In this document: one piece after another, positions 11,311 through 23,722 of the stretch
Layout of the letters: the number at the start of each line of letters is the position of its first letter
How positions within the stretch are numbered: position 1 is the stretch's first letter
Assembly: GCA_049999805.1 (NCBI GenBank)
Contig: JBNGIO010006163.1
Location: 64,107-128,106, forward strand
Length of the DNA: 64,000 nucleotides
Reading direction: 5' to 3'
Source of the DNA: Folioceros fuciformis
Taxonomy: Eukaryota
Made by a program: the position numbers and the translations under genes
The notes under the pieces: model-generated
Database searches by the model: none
What the model was told of the DNA's origin: nothing
What the model saw: the letters and a program-made list of their open reading frames with translations, nothing else

Positions 11311-14300
11311 CTACAAATCAGTAAATGTAGAGGGGTCATAAGAGTAGGTATTTACAAATGGTACTGAGGAAGTTGTTTGTGACCCATTGCTATCATCAAA
11401 CTTATGGTCCTCTACAGGTTGATTAACCTTGTTTTTTCCAATTTGATCATGATGTACATCAAACGAGGGTGCAGAATCATCGACATCTTCAAAGTTGTTG
11501 CTAATAGGAATTGAAGATAAAGGCTCCATGGTCATTCTTGATTTAGGCCTTTCATCAAGTGAAGTATTGATAGAGCTAGATGCCAAATCCAGAGAAGTGA
11601 TTTGAGTTGAATCCATGATTGATGTTGAATTGAAGACAGTATCAAATGAAGATTTTGAAACAAGTTCCAAAGAAGAACTAGGAAAAAAAGAAGATACACG
11701 CTCATGCAAAAGCTTAGATTGGGTGAAAGACATATTTTCTAATCCATTTGATCCCATAGGAGTTGATATGGGTTGTATTGTTGTTGACATTTCTTCGTTA
11801 CTTGAAGGCATTAGTGTGTTGCTACTGAAAGGATTATTGTTAACTTCACTAGATGTCTTAGATCCTGATCGAGAAGTTGGGGTAAAAATGTTAGTTTCTA
11901 TTGGTGTCTTGTATGATAATCTAGAAGCTAAGCCAGTAGAATTGTTAACTTCTGTAGACATCTTGTAAGGTTTTCTAGAAGTTGATGCACAAGGATAGGA
12001 CGTGTTGTAGGGACTTAAGTCTACAGAGTGTTCTGTTACTACTATTGCAGGTCCATTTGAAGGTTCAACAGCTGAAGTGGGGTAATGACTTGAGCTACTC
12101 ATTGAGTTTTGGAGCATATGTGTCTCCAATGACTCATCCTGTGATGCTGTGATGGGACTCTCAATTGATTCAATGTGGTGAGTGTTATCTTTATCCACCT
12201 CTGTCTTTGGAATGTTACAATCCTGTGACAACAATGGATATATAAAGTTAGTGTGTTTTGTTCGACAAATCACTTTAAAAGCACCATAAAAAAATAGAAA
12301 ACATTTGTTTTTACCGCTTTTGCAAGAAATGGAGTTAGAGCAATAGCGACAAACATAATGACCAACCACCATGCCCACCACCATTTCAACGTCAATGTCA
12401 GGCCAACTGTAATGACCCCCAATAAAATCTGTAATATATCGTATAAACTAGATTAATATGATATTAAATAAGGTTGTTAATAACAAAAATAATAATGTTT
12501 TTTATTCATGATTTATTTATATTTTTAAATCAAGAAGATTCACATACTTGTAAGAGTCCTCCATAAGTAATGAAGTCTAAGAACTTATAACCTCCAGGTT
12601 GATAAACCATAAGATTAGTTGGGCAACCTGTAGGAGTCATAAAACCAGCTGACGATGCCATCATAAGGGTATAAGCAAAAGGCCTGAAGTCAAGTTGCTG
12701 AGACTGTGCGGCAGCCAAGGCGACTGGAAACATAATAGTAACTGCAGCACTGTTTGTAATTGCTAGTGAAAAGATTGTAGTAGCGACATATGTACATGTA
12801 ATTAATCCAAACTGCGAATGATTCAGAGTCATAACAAGGTGTAGCTCAGAAAGGATTTGAGATGTTGATACACTTAAAAAAAAAAAAAAAAACCTCTGTG
12901 TAAAACATGAACCCTAAACTTTAGAATTGTTAGGATAGAGCCAACAAGTATGATGTGCAAAGTTAAGTTTCTAGTTGGGATGTAGTGCGTACCATGGATT
13001 TACCTGCTAACCCCATGAGTGCTTTAGCAACTATATCTGCTGCTCCACTTATCACCATAGCCTCAGATATGCCAAATGCAGCTGATATCATGATAAGAAC
13101 TGGGAGCTCAATAGATTCCTAGATTGAAAGAAAAAATTTCATTGCCTACAAGCTTGTCCAAGACCCATAAGATGTTGAAGCTTTACAATCAGTGATCAAT
13201 TTACCATAGCAGCAGTTGGTGTTAAAGATCCTGTTATAAGCAACCCTGCAGCTGAAAATAAAGCAGCAGTTATTAGTCGATATCCAATGCCACTTCCAAC
13301 CACCATTCCCAGCACCAAAATTGCAGCTATGCCTGCTTTTCCTCTTTGTATGGGCACGAATCCTGGTAACTGCACCCAATCTGAGAGTGTGTGAGGTTGG
13401 AAACACTCTGTAGCCCTAGTTCATATCATGGATGATTAGTATAAGATCTCATAAGTTATAGTTTGAATATGACTAGAAAACTCTTACTTTTGCTACCAAT
13501 GAGAATGTTGAGTTGTTCCTATGTTTTGTAACAAATTCAGGGCCATCGGCAACCATGAGCAATGAATCTCCTGCTTCAAGAACAATATCTCCAATGGCAC
13601 TGGACAGAACTTAAACCTGTTATGGGTCTATTATCTTTGAGTTTGAGTATATTGTCTTTCATGGGTTGATGTAATTTTCCATGACATATAATACCTCTCT
13701 AGACGTTTTGCATGACGATGTATAGCAACTATAGCTGCTTTGTATCGAGCACGAAATTGCAGCTCTGCAACTTTCTTTCGTACCATGGGTGATCCTAATG
13801 CAACAACAGCTTCTACTAAGCATTGATTCACTTTTAACTTATTCAGATCAACTTGTTCTTGACCCTAGTCCAGTTTTAATAGTAGGATTAGTTAAGAACA
13901 AAGAAAGAATGATGTTGTACACAACCAAGTCTTTCATAAGAATAGAATTGATTGAACAATCTCAATACCTCATCTTCAGAAAGAGCTAAACCATCAAAAC
14001 GAGCCAAGGAAAGTAGAGAGTCTATAGCCCCAGAGAATTGAAGATGGTCTTTGGGTTGTAATACATAATCAGCAGATGGGTTAGGTATTTTATTTCCATC
14101 CCGAATAATTTGTATGAGGTGTAGTCCCGGCTGATGTTGTGCTCCTGTTTGTTCAATTGTTTTCCCAGAGAGGGATGATTTTTGTTTCACCACAAGCACA
14201 ACATTGTACTCCCTGAATAGCAAGATGAACAATTCTCTTTTATGCTGTGGTTCTTGCTCTGAAAAACCAATACCAAGCTAAACATCACCATAAAGAAGAC

Positions 14301-15281
14301 ACGGTGTGACTAGAAGTGAAATTATTGACAACAACTTGATATTTAGTTGAAAGCATTGGGAGCATAGATAGATGGATTACCTCGCATTAATCGAAGTCTG
14401 TTGAACTGCTAATCTATTTGGAAGCAGTTTACTAGAAAGAGCAACAATGTAAAAGATGCCGGCAATCATGACCGGCATGCCAATGATACCAATCTCGAAG
14501 AGATTCATTTTCAATGTAGGAACTTTCTTAGAGGCTAGTGAAAGAACCACCAGGTTGGTGGTTGCACCAATTAAGGTAAGGGTACCACCAAGTTGAGCAG
14601 CATAGCTTAATGGAATCAACATTTTGGATGGTGCCAAATTCACCTGTAGTATATCTTATAGGAATGAATCATATATAATACTTTAATATTTTTAACTAGT
14701 TATAACCATGATCAGAAGCAATGTCCATTGTTAAGATGCACCACCTTTCCTCCAAATTCCACTATTGGTGGAATCATCATCGCCACAAGTGGGATATTTG
14801 CAAGAAAAGCGCTGAAGAGAGCGACTGGCACACTAAATTTGAGAAGAACCCACACCATGCTGTTGGCACTCTTGCTGGGAACTTGACCAGGCTTTAGTTT
14901 CTTCTTTTTGGTGCTAAACAATACTTTTGATACATATTCTAAACCTCCAGAGTTTTCTATACCTGTACTTTGTGAAAGCAACATGTTGTAGAACAATGAC
15001 ATGAAGTTACTTAACTCATGGCATGGAAACAAAAATTCTTGTAAGGCATTACCTTTAGCTACAACAAATAGCACAGCCACGGACAACATGGCTTCATCAG
15101 CGAAACCGTGAAATGCTTCTTCAATGTTTAAAATGTCTAATGGAAGAAATATGATCAAGGTTCCCATCATCACTAAATAAGGTGGAGCAAGTTCGCCCAC
15201 AAGAGCTACTAGCATTGCACCAATAAGACCAAGTGTCACCCAACCCTCCCAAACATTGTGATCTGGCAGCTTTAACGTCAT
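11311..15281 (-). CDS. SLC13/SLT-type (SAC1-like) sodium:sulfate symporter with TrkA-C domains, 11 exons
   Basis: Motifs FSAFLANIPLVAMMIP, LIPLSYAAQLGGTLTLIGATTNLVV, two TrkA-C segments (LSGKTIEQ...IIRDG; AAIVAIHRH...IGDIVLEAGDSLL), ITNSAAVTIMFPVA and FMTPTGCPTNLMVYQPGGYKFLDF. Splice phases traced by hand keep the frame open to the stop at 11311. Confidence 0.88.
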
Positions 15282-16221
15282 GTTGTATTAGTACAGGCTC
15301 CAATCCAACATGTTCAACTTGCTCTGGCAGTATTGTAAAAAAGCATTGTGCTCATTGCATGATGAATCCAACCAAGTAGTTGTTAAGTCTGCTAGAGATA
15401 TTGGGTTATGCTCCGGAGCTCTGCACATCGTGGATGCGTTGCTAGCCCATTTTCTAATCTTTCCGATGGCGCCAAGGCACCAAGTATGGATACCTACATA
15501 ACAGAATAAATAAATTGTATATTTATTTCTTATAATTGTAATAACCAAGTGAAAATAGGCTAAAAAGCAAATAACATGGCCCGGGATTGCAGTAACCGTT
15601 CGAGATCATGGGACACGCACATGGGGACCTGCGAACAGCTTCGGGAGACTGTCGGAAGAATTGGCCGTCAAATGCTCCATTTTCGACAGAGTATGCGTGC
15701 CCTCGAGCCTTGTTCCGTGCCGGCTTGCAAGTCGATTGAGAACACATGCTGGGCTTTTTTGAGAACCCGGGACAAGTATGTGCTCATGTTCCAGCAAGCT
15801 GTGGAAATCAGGAGAAGAGGAAGAGCAGGCCAGGATTTTCCAGTAGGCTCCGCTGGCCGTTCCACCAGGTATCACATTCGATGTCAATGTGCTTGGCGTC
15901 AGAGTTAGTGATGCAACGGCACTAGGGTTAGCCCATTGGAGGCAGGTGCTCTTGAATATGAGACCATTGTTTGCAGCATGCCATGCCTGTCTAGAATTTA
16001 CGGGCCCTTGAGCCGTCCGTCGGGAATGGAGTTGAGCCAGTGGACAGCAGCGTTGAGGGCGTAGTCTTGTCTTGGGCCTCTTTTTTGGTGGATTGTAGCA
16101 CATCCCCTGCCTGCTGACATGTATGCTTGCGCCGTCTGTGCTCAGATCTGTTGAACGATCACTTGCACGGGTTGCTCTTCACCTTCCTGAGCACGTTGTG
16201 TAAGAGGAGGAAGCGTGCACA

Positions 16222-18769
16222 ATGCCTGCTCCTGGTAAAGGCTCGCCTGCCAAGGCAGGCGGGGCCAACGCCTATTCTGTCACCAGCGTCCGCTCTGCGA
16301 ACAGCAAGGCTATCCCTGAAGAAGCTGGGGGGAGACCTGCACCAGGCACTACTCATGGATCAACGCCGCGGAAACCCACGAAGAACACCAATCCTTTCAT
16401 GACAGGGCCTATGCATAACCTCATGTGGGATCCCCGGGTTAAACGTGGTCCAACGTTCCTTCATAAGGTGCGCGACGCTATGTACACGTCCTGCTTGTGT
16501 CCAGAAACGACTTTGATTCCTGAAACCTTCTCCTCACGGTGGAATCTTGACCCAATGGTTAGGGCATTCAAGAAGAGGAGGTCCCACCTCCTAAGAAGCA
16601 TGTGAAGCCAGTGAAGTATGTGGTCAGGGAGATCGGCACACCAGAGCCAGTGAAGGGAAGAAAGCATTTGGATGTTCAGGTCAGGCACACCTGCCTCAAG
16701 CTGTCAAGGCTTTTCACAACAACCTCTGCAGACAAAAATCTGCCCTGCCCCTCTCATGAAAACTTGATGAGTCAGATCCATCGGCCAGGAAAAGGCCTTC
16801 TGATAGTACAGACTGCAGACAGATCAATATTTGGAGGAGCTGGAGGAGAAAATAGCCGAGTACGACGTCGACACCCAGACAGATCCTTTCCTAGACCGTC
16901 CTGCGACTCCGCTCTACATTCCAGTCAAGTCAGGCCCTGACAAGTGGACACAGGTACCAGCTTTTACATTGATATCAAATTCAGCCGAAAAAACGGCTGA
17001 GCTTGTGAAAGACATGCAGCAGGTTTCTAGGGGATGCTTATTGGTAGCACAGCCATATCCTCATACAGCCCTTACAGGTTCAGATCATGATCTGGTGCCA
17101 TCCTCCAGTATTCACTTGTAGAAATGGATAACAGAGAAACATAAAATGTGAGATTGCGGGTCGGATTGTTGGGTGATTGGGTTGTAAGCGCTCCTCTTTA
17201 CCTCAACCCATGAATGTAAACCCCGTCAAAGTCCCAGGATAGGAGACAGGGGTGCTTCCTGAAGTAGAGTTGTAACTTGGACGGGAGGGGGGCAGTCCAT
17301 TCTTCCTAAAGCATTGAGTGAAAGAGTCGACACCCGGCTGCTTATATTTCACGTTCATATCCCCGGAAACTTAGAGAAGCATGCCGGGTTAATCTTCTGC
17401 AGATAGAAGATGGAGACCTTTTTGACTTCGACATGGAGGTGGAGCCCATGTTGGAGGTGTTGGTTGGCAGAACCCTGGAGCAGTCTCTTCTGGAGGTCAT
17501 GGAGGAACAGCAGCTTGCCCTCTTACGGTCCCACCAGGTTCTCATCTTTCACTTTGCTCCAAGTAAGCTGGAAATGGTTGGCCCCATGCCAACCATAGCG
17601 ATCAGACTCCTGATCAGTTGCCATTGACAATCAGGCTCATTACGAAAAAGTGCGCATGGCTGAGTTGGTGGCAACTCAAAGGATGGAGGCATCAGAGAGG
17701 AGGATGCTTGAGGAAAAGGAAAGACGCAAGAGACAAGAGAGGGAGCGGCTGCTCGCAGAGAAGCTCTTGGCAGAAAAGGCAAGCTTTTGTGGAAAAACCT
17801 ACTATTCTCACACCATCACTGGATCTGTCCTCAAGATCGCACAGGATGCATGATTGTGTCTTCCAGCAAAGCTATTACGGGGAGTGAATTTGACACTAAA
17901 GTACCTCGTCTTTGGACATGCAGGTCGATGCTCAGAAGTATGCACGATGGTATCTCAGAGGGTTGAAGAACTATGTGTTGGATCAACTGGCGAAGGAGGG
18001 CTACTTCTTCGATCCTGTTGAAAGAGAGGTACGTTTCCTCCTTTGTGCCAGGAGGTGAGACACATACAAGCATCAAGAGCATTCTGACCAACTTCCCACG
18101 CACTTCAGGTGGAGACAATGTACCTGCCGCTCTTAAAGACACACATGTTGGAGGAGCTTGAGAAGAGCAGGTTGTCGATCTCTGTGTTGAATGGACTGGT
18201 AAGCTTGACTGTGATACTTTCCATGTGAAGCGCATCTCTCACACCATGGCGACAGCTTGGTCCCTGATCCCGGCAACATGCAGGTGTCCTTGACGGCGCC
18301 GCCATGCACCCCTGAGTCCCTGCTCGTTGCACAGGAGAACTTAGAGGCTCTCCTGCAGAGGGTGCTGGCACTGGTGACAGCCACAGATGTGCTGGGTGAC
18401 GTCATGTTGGACACCACAGCCTCGCACATTGCTTTGCTCGACACAACCAGCCACATGACTGCGGACGCTTTGATAGACGTGAGCGCCGAGATCATTGCTG
18501 AGGAATTCGGCACCAGGCAAGTGCTGAGCGACGTTCTGATAGACACCACCGCGGAGCGGCTGGCACAGGTGGATGCCACAAGGCAGGTTTTGAGTGACAC
18601 TCTGGTGGACGCCACTGCCGCCGGCCTTGTTACCTCAGGGACCACAGTGGAAGTCCTGGGCGGATTGGTGAACGACGCTGTGGACGTGGACCAAGGCACC
18701 AGAGACGTGATGCGGAATTTGCTGAGCTCTGCATTCCAGCCTCCCGGACCTCCTGGTTCCCGACCTTAA
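16222..18769 (+). CDS. RSP3: Radial spoke protein 3 (axonemal AKAP-like scaffold), multi-exon
   Basis: NLMWDPRVKRGPTF, TPEPVKGRKHLDVQ|TDQYLEEL, DTQTDPFLDRPATPLYIPVKSGPD..TQ|IEDGDLFDFDMEVEPMLEVLVGRTLEQSLLEVMEEQQL, RMAELVATQRME, GYFFDPVERE|VE. These are hallmark RSP3/RSPH3 motifs. The last-exon acceptor is uncertain (18284 or ~18334). Confidence 0.93.
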
Positions 18770-19401
18770 AATTTCTGGCTTCAAAATCTGGCCATGTTTG
18801 GCCGCCTCTTCAGGCTTGCCGCCATACTGGCAACGGCGGAGTGTTCATTATACAAATTTTGTCACCGAGTATTAGATGGATCCACAGTCTAGTGTCCTGT
18901 CCAAACAGCCCAAAAAAATCGGTGCAACGATGCTACAGCAGTTGCAGTTGCAGTCATTCATTCATTCTTTCAATAAAGAGTCACATTGTCTCCCCGTCCC
19001 CATCTTCTGCATGCTGGGCATTATTGTCTGCAGCAGAACTGGGTGCTGTGCAGCACTATGCGCAACGAAAGAGGAGTCGAGTCAGTAAACCCTGTTGGCT
19101 TGGATGATGGTTGCTTAGCGATCCTCTTAAACCTGGAAGATCGCTTTTTTTGCCCGTCACGAGGTGCGTAAGGTGAAGTGCATACTGTTCAAACGCCGCA
19201 GGATGTCGTCATACATTCGCTTATCTGTTTTGGGCGAGCCATCTGCATCTGCAAACCTGTCGACACCGCGGCCTCTGACAAGGAAGCAGCCTGGAGGGTT
19301 GGTCTGCATGGAGTCGTGAATCGCAGAGGCAGGCGCTTCTTTGAGCGTCGTGGCCTGGCTGCGAGAATTCCGTGAAGATGAACATCGTGTTGTTTCAAAA
19401 C

Positions 19402-21113
19402 ATGGAGGAAACGGGATCAGCAAGCAGCTCTCCTCGGGCAGAGGAGAGGGCGCGTCAGGACCTGGTGGCAGAGGTTGCAGCCGCGGATGAGCAGCCTGAG
19501 ATGGAGCAGCAGTGCGACTGGGACCTTCCTCTGGATTTGCTGGCGAAGTGCTTTCTTCCATTGACTTCCATGAGGGACATGGCTGCGTGAGTGAACTCTC
19601 TGGGTTGTGGTGAGTTTCTGGAATGTTTGCTCGATGCCTGGTGACGCGCGCGTTTGCTGAGGAGCCGCGCCGATTTCATTGCAGTGCAAGCATGGTGAGC
19701 AAGAAGTGGAGGAGGGGAATGAAGGAGGCATTGGCGCAGCGGGAGAAGATGAGTTTTGCGGCCTTCCGGACGGATGACTCTAATCTGGCAAGAATGGTGG
19801 CTGCAGCTCGGAATCTGCTGGAGCTTGACATGTGGGTTTTCCACCTTTCCTTGCGTCTGTCTTGGTGCTCTGCCCTGGATCTGGTCGTGCGCGGGGGGTC
19901 AGGAGGGAGGGTAGGCATGATGTGGTGGTTGGTTCTCTAAGTTAGGGACTGGTTGCCTCACAGGGTCCTTTACAGGAAGTTTCAGCACAACGTCATGGCG
20001 TTGCTGGGATGATGAAGTCCCTGCTTGAGAGTTTTTCGCTTGATGAGGCTTAGGAATCAAGCGACCAGCACGTCGTAGTAACAGGCAGTGCTCGTAGTAG
20101 GCGCCAGCTCAACTTGGGGTCCTGATGTGACTAAGTTGGGGGCACACCGGTTTGCAGTTGTATAGATGACAGGGGCCTTGAGTTGTGTAGTGGGTTGATT
20201 GATTAGGCTTAGGCCTCGAGGCGTCTAGTGGATTGAGTAGGCTTAGGCATGAGCCCGACCAGCACTTGGAAGTGTAGACAAAGGCATCGTAGTGTGTAGC
20301 TCTCCAGGTGAAAAGGGTTTGATTTGTCTGTTACTCTGTGCAGCCATTTCAACCGGTGGGGCTCTTGTATTACTGACGCTGGCTTGAAGAGCATCTCATC
20401 GGCAAGCTGTTGCCGGAATCTGCGGGCGTTGTCAATTTTCGGAGTAGCTGGTATCACAGACGAAGGGGTAATCCAGCTGGTGAGTAGCATATTCAATCAA
20501 GGTGTAGGGCCCAACAAGTTGATAATCGGTTGGGAATCTGAAGTAAAATGTCAGGAGTGTCTTGAAAAACAGCTCCATGCCATGCCGCACATTTGTCTAC
20601 CTTGCGCGTGACTGTTTGAACTAATCCGTTTCTGAAAGTCGTGCGCGAACTTGTGTCTTCAGGTAACGCATGCACCTTCTTTGGAGCATTTGAATGTAGG
20701 CGGCACCTTCATCACGGACGCTTCACTCACAGCAGTTGCCAGATCTTGCACCTATCTAAAGGTAAGTATCAGAAGAGGTGTTACTCTTGCGTTAAGCAAT
20801 GCCCGCATTACGATCTGCTAACCGCACCAGTTTTATGACATGCGTGCAGACTCTCAGTCTGTGGGGATGTATGAACGTGACAGAGGCTGGTCTCCTGGCT
20901 GTGGCTGAGGGTTGCCCATACCTTACTTCCCTCAACGTAGGTTGTCTCAGAACTTCCAAGGCCTTGGAGCTTCATCTACTGTCGTTCAATCCGTATCTGA
21001 AGCTGAAGCCCAGTCATCTGGTTTCTCGTCCTGCAAAGTCCCAGGGAGCAAGTTCTTCGACGTCGGTGTCGTTCGACACTGCGTCATACCACCTTCACTC
21101 ATTCGTGAGCTGA
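19402..21113 (+). CDS. F-box/LRR (RNI-like) protein similar to the At5g67140 family, 5 exons
   Basis: F-box DLPLDLLAKCF...CSMVSKKWRRGMK, then LRRs RWGSCITDAGL..IS, LSIFGVAGITDEGVIQL|VTHAPSLEHLNVGGTFITDASL and LSLWGCMNVTEAGL. Confidence 0.85.
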
Positions 21114-21762
21114 GGGGGATGTTTGTCCTTGTTGCAGGCAGCTTTGTCTTGTATTCTAGTCCTCGTTGTCGGTGTATGTTGTAGGCAGTAGGCAGTGTAC
21201 CTCTTAGGATTTGAAGTGTACAGATTGGGCGCTGGTGATTGTGGCACCAGGTAGCTGATGTTCACATTCTTTGTCAGCCGTGTTGAGCATCAGTTTCTCT
21301 CTTGTTCACGTCTTACGAACCGTGGGGGCAACAAAGAGTTTGTTTTCGTGGACGTACCTATTTAAATGGGAAGTCTTTTAATTTTAAGTGTTACAAATCC
21401 CATTCCTTTTTCAAACTCGATGGCAAATGACGTCCTTCTAAACGCTCAGATTTAGTCCTTCAACAACCCTAGGCAATCTCGGAGTGTGGAAACGACTAGG
21501 ATAATTTAATCCTGCTGTCACACCAGGCAACCCTGAGTGTGCCCAGGACATTCTCGTGCTCCACAACCACAAATGGGAAATGCAGTGTGGAACAGTCTCG
21601 TATTCCTCTTGCCTCATTTTTTTTCCTGTCTCAAATTCTCCATCCTCAAGTTATCTCACCTGCTTCAAACTTTCCTGCTCAACTTTCTCCTGCTCCAAAT
21701 TGTCCCTGCCTCGAGTTACCCCAGCCTCAAAATTTTCCTGCTACTGCTCTGGCTCCGGCCTG

Positions 21763-23244
21763 CTAAGGTGAGATGAAGAGATCTGGCTTGAGGTCCAGAA
21801 ACTGGTAGGCTTCAGCGAGGTGCAAAACTCTCTGCCAAGAATGCTTGACCATGTGGTAAGCATAGACATAATTCTCCAACGATGAACCTAAGCGCACAGT
21901 GAGGAAGACGATGTCCCCCACAACCTGCAGCTTCTGGACACAATTGTTCCTCCTACATCTGTCCAAGCCAGATTGGGCAAGAGGAAGCAGATCCTCGGGC
22001 GGCATTCCTGCTACCTGCACCCAAGTGAGCGATGCCTCCAGCACCCACATGGCCCCGTGCCAGCACAGCAGCTTGCCCCTGTGCTCCCCCACAAGCACGT
22101 GACCCTCCTCTCCCCAAAAGCCGGGCTGGAAGTCCGGCACGTACACCGACCGGATGCAGAATGCGGTGTGGGTGAAAGTCACCACCTTGCGCGGCCCGGA
22201 TGCGGTCCCATCTGTGATGGCGTACAGGCAGCAATTGGTGAAGAAGAATCTATCGTAGCCGTTGGGCGAGAAGGTGACCCCCACGACGCCCTGGTCGTGA
22301 ACCGCGTTCCAGTCGCGGTCACTGCTGGAGTAGACATACACTTGGCCCCGACGCAGTTCCCCGCCCGCGTGCCAAATTACGCACACCTTGAAGCTTGCCT
22401 CGCCCGGGCCGGACGTGTCCACCACCAGATTGGCCTCCACCTCGTAGAAGGAGTAATGCGACATGTCCAGCGCCGGCAGCTCCCGGAAGGTGCGGTTCAC
22501 GGGGTTCACGACGCAGTACCAGAGCGCGTGAGGATCCCATGTCCTGGTCTGGATGCAGATGAGCCCGCACCGGGAGGACGCCACCCTAACATGCCCGTCC
22601 TCCACAGTCCTGAACTTGGTTGGGAGGAAATCCAGCTCCACGTTCAGCGTCCTGAAGATATGCCGGGGCCGGGCCACCTCGTCCGGATCCTGCACGAATC
22701 CCCTCCCTCTGCGGTGGTACCACAGCGAGCACACCTCCGCACGCACGGGAGCCGCCGGATCTTGGCACCTGCTGAGGAACTCCGGCGACGAGAGCATCCA
22801 TCGCCAATGCTTGCACACGGCCCGGAATCGGGCACGGGTCGCCAGAGGCAGCAGCGGCAGAGTGCGATCGAGGATCTCCTCGGGCAGCTCGCTCCAAATC
22901 GCGCCCTCCAGCTGCTGCTCGGGTGCACAACAGGGCTCGAGCTTGCCTGCCTCGCTGAAGCTCTCCCCGAGCATCACCAAGTGCAGCTCCAGATGCAGCG
23001 GCCGCTCAAGATCCAGATCCATCAGCCTGGCCGCCACATCGCCCGCGTCCTCGTCATCGTCATCGGCCTGCTGCTCCTCCGTTCCCGACCAGGCGCGCTT
23101 CTGCTTCTCCGCTTCCGGGCCATTATCGCTCGCCACGCCAGCCATTTCCCCCAAAAGAAGAATGGCGAAGGAGAAGCAAGTTAGACAGGCTGCGGCCTTT
23201 AAAAACCCTTCGCCCAAACCGGGCTTGCTTTGCTTAAACGACAT
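21763..23244 (-). CDS. Intronless F-box protein with a C-terminal beta-propeller/FBA-like region (alternative start at 23145)
   Basis: 493-aa ORF with IWSELPEEILDRTLPLLPLATRARFRAVCKHWRWMLSSPEF and VASSRCGLICI...VVNPVNRTFRELP...VYSSSDRDW. Confidence 0.88.
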   Translation of the reverse strand: MSFKQSKPGLGEGFLKAAACLTCFSFAILLLGEMAGVASDNGPEAEKQKRAWSGTEEQQADDDDEDAGDVAARLMDLDLERPLHLELHLVMLGESFSEAGKLEPCCAPEQQLEGAIWSELPEEILDRTLPLLPLATRARFRAVCKHWRWMLSSPEFLSRCQDPAAPVRAEVCSLWYHRRGRGFVQDPDEVARPRHIFRTLNVELDFLPTKFRTVEDGHVRVASSRCGLICIQTRTWDPHALWYCVVNPVNRTFRELPALDMSHYSFYEVEANLVVDTSGPGEASFKVCVIWHAGGELRRGQVYVYSSSDRDWNAVHDQGVVGVTFSPNGYDRFFFTNCCLYAITDGTASGPRKVVTFTHTAFCIRSVYVPDFQPGFWGEEGHVLVGEHRGKLLCWHGAMWVLEASLTWVQVAGMPPEDLLPLAQSGLDRCRRNNCVQKLQVVGDIVFLTVRLGSSLENYVYAYHMVKHSWQRVLHLAEAYQFLDLKPDLFISP

Positions 23245-23722
23245 GGGATTGGCGGATCACTGTTTCTCTCTTCTCTTACTTTGAGAAGGCAAATGCTCAT
23301 GTACATGTGTAGAGGTATACTGTATATATGTGGAACCAGAATATCTGTCATACAAGAGAGCACACAGACAAGCACCAGCACGACAGCAGGGGGAGATACT
23401 AATCTCGGGCCGGATACCTATATTCGGCAACGCGATTTGGCGAAGCATCACAAGCTTGCGCAACCCCTCGGAGTCCACATGTCGCAAAACTATCAGCCTC
23501 TCCGGGGTTTGAACATAGCTGCAATGCTGGAATCTGAACAACACAGCAAATGCAGGGTACATTTTCCAGCAGCAAAAACTCCATGTGTGTGAAGCAAATG
23601 TACATACAGGGAAAAATGTAGGTACACCGACGATGATGAAGAACCTCTCACACCAGCCACCGTTTCTACAGTTTCAAGAAAGCTTAGTCTCTCTGAGGAT
23701 CTTGGGTCTTCTACATCTACTA

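Noticed and set aside
15576..16103. ORFs between the transporter and RSP3
   Set aside because: No recognisable motifs; likely promoter or 5' UTR sequence.
21973..23284. 403-aa and 243-aa plus-strand ORFs
   Set aside because: Antisense shadows of the GC-rich F-box CDS, with no recognisable motifs.
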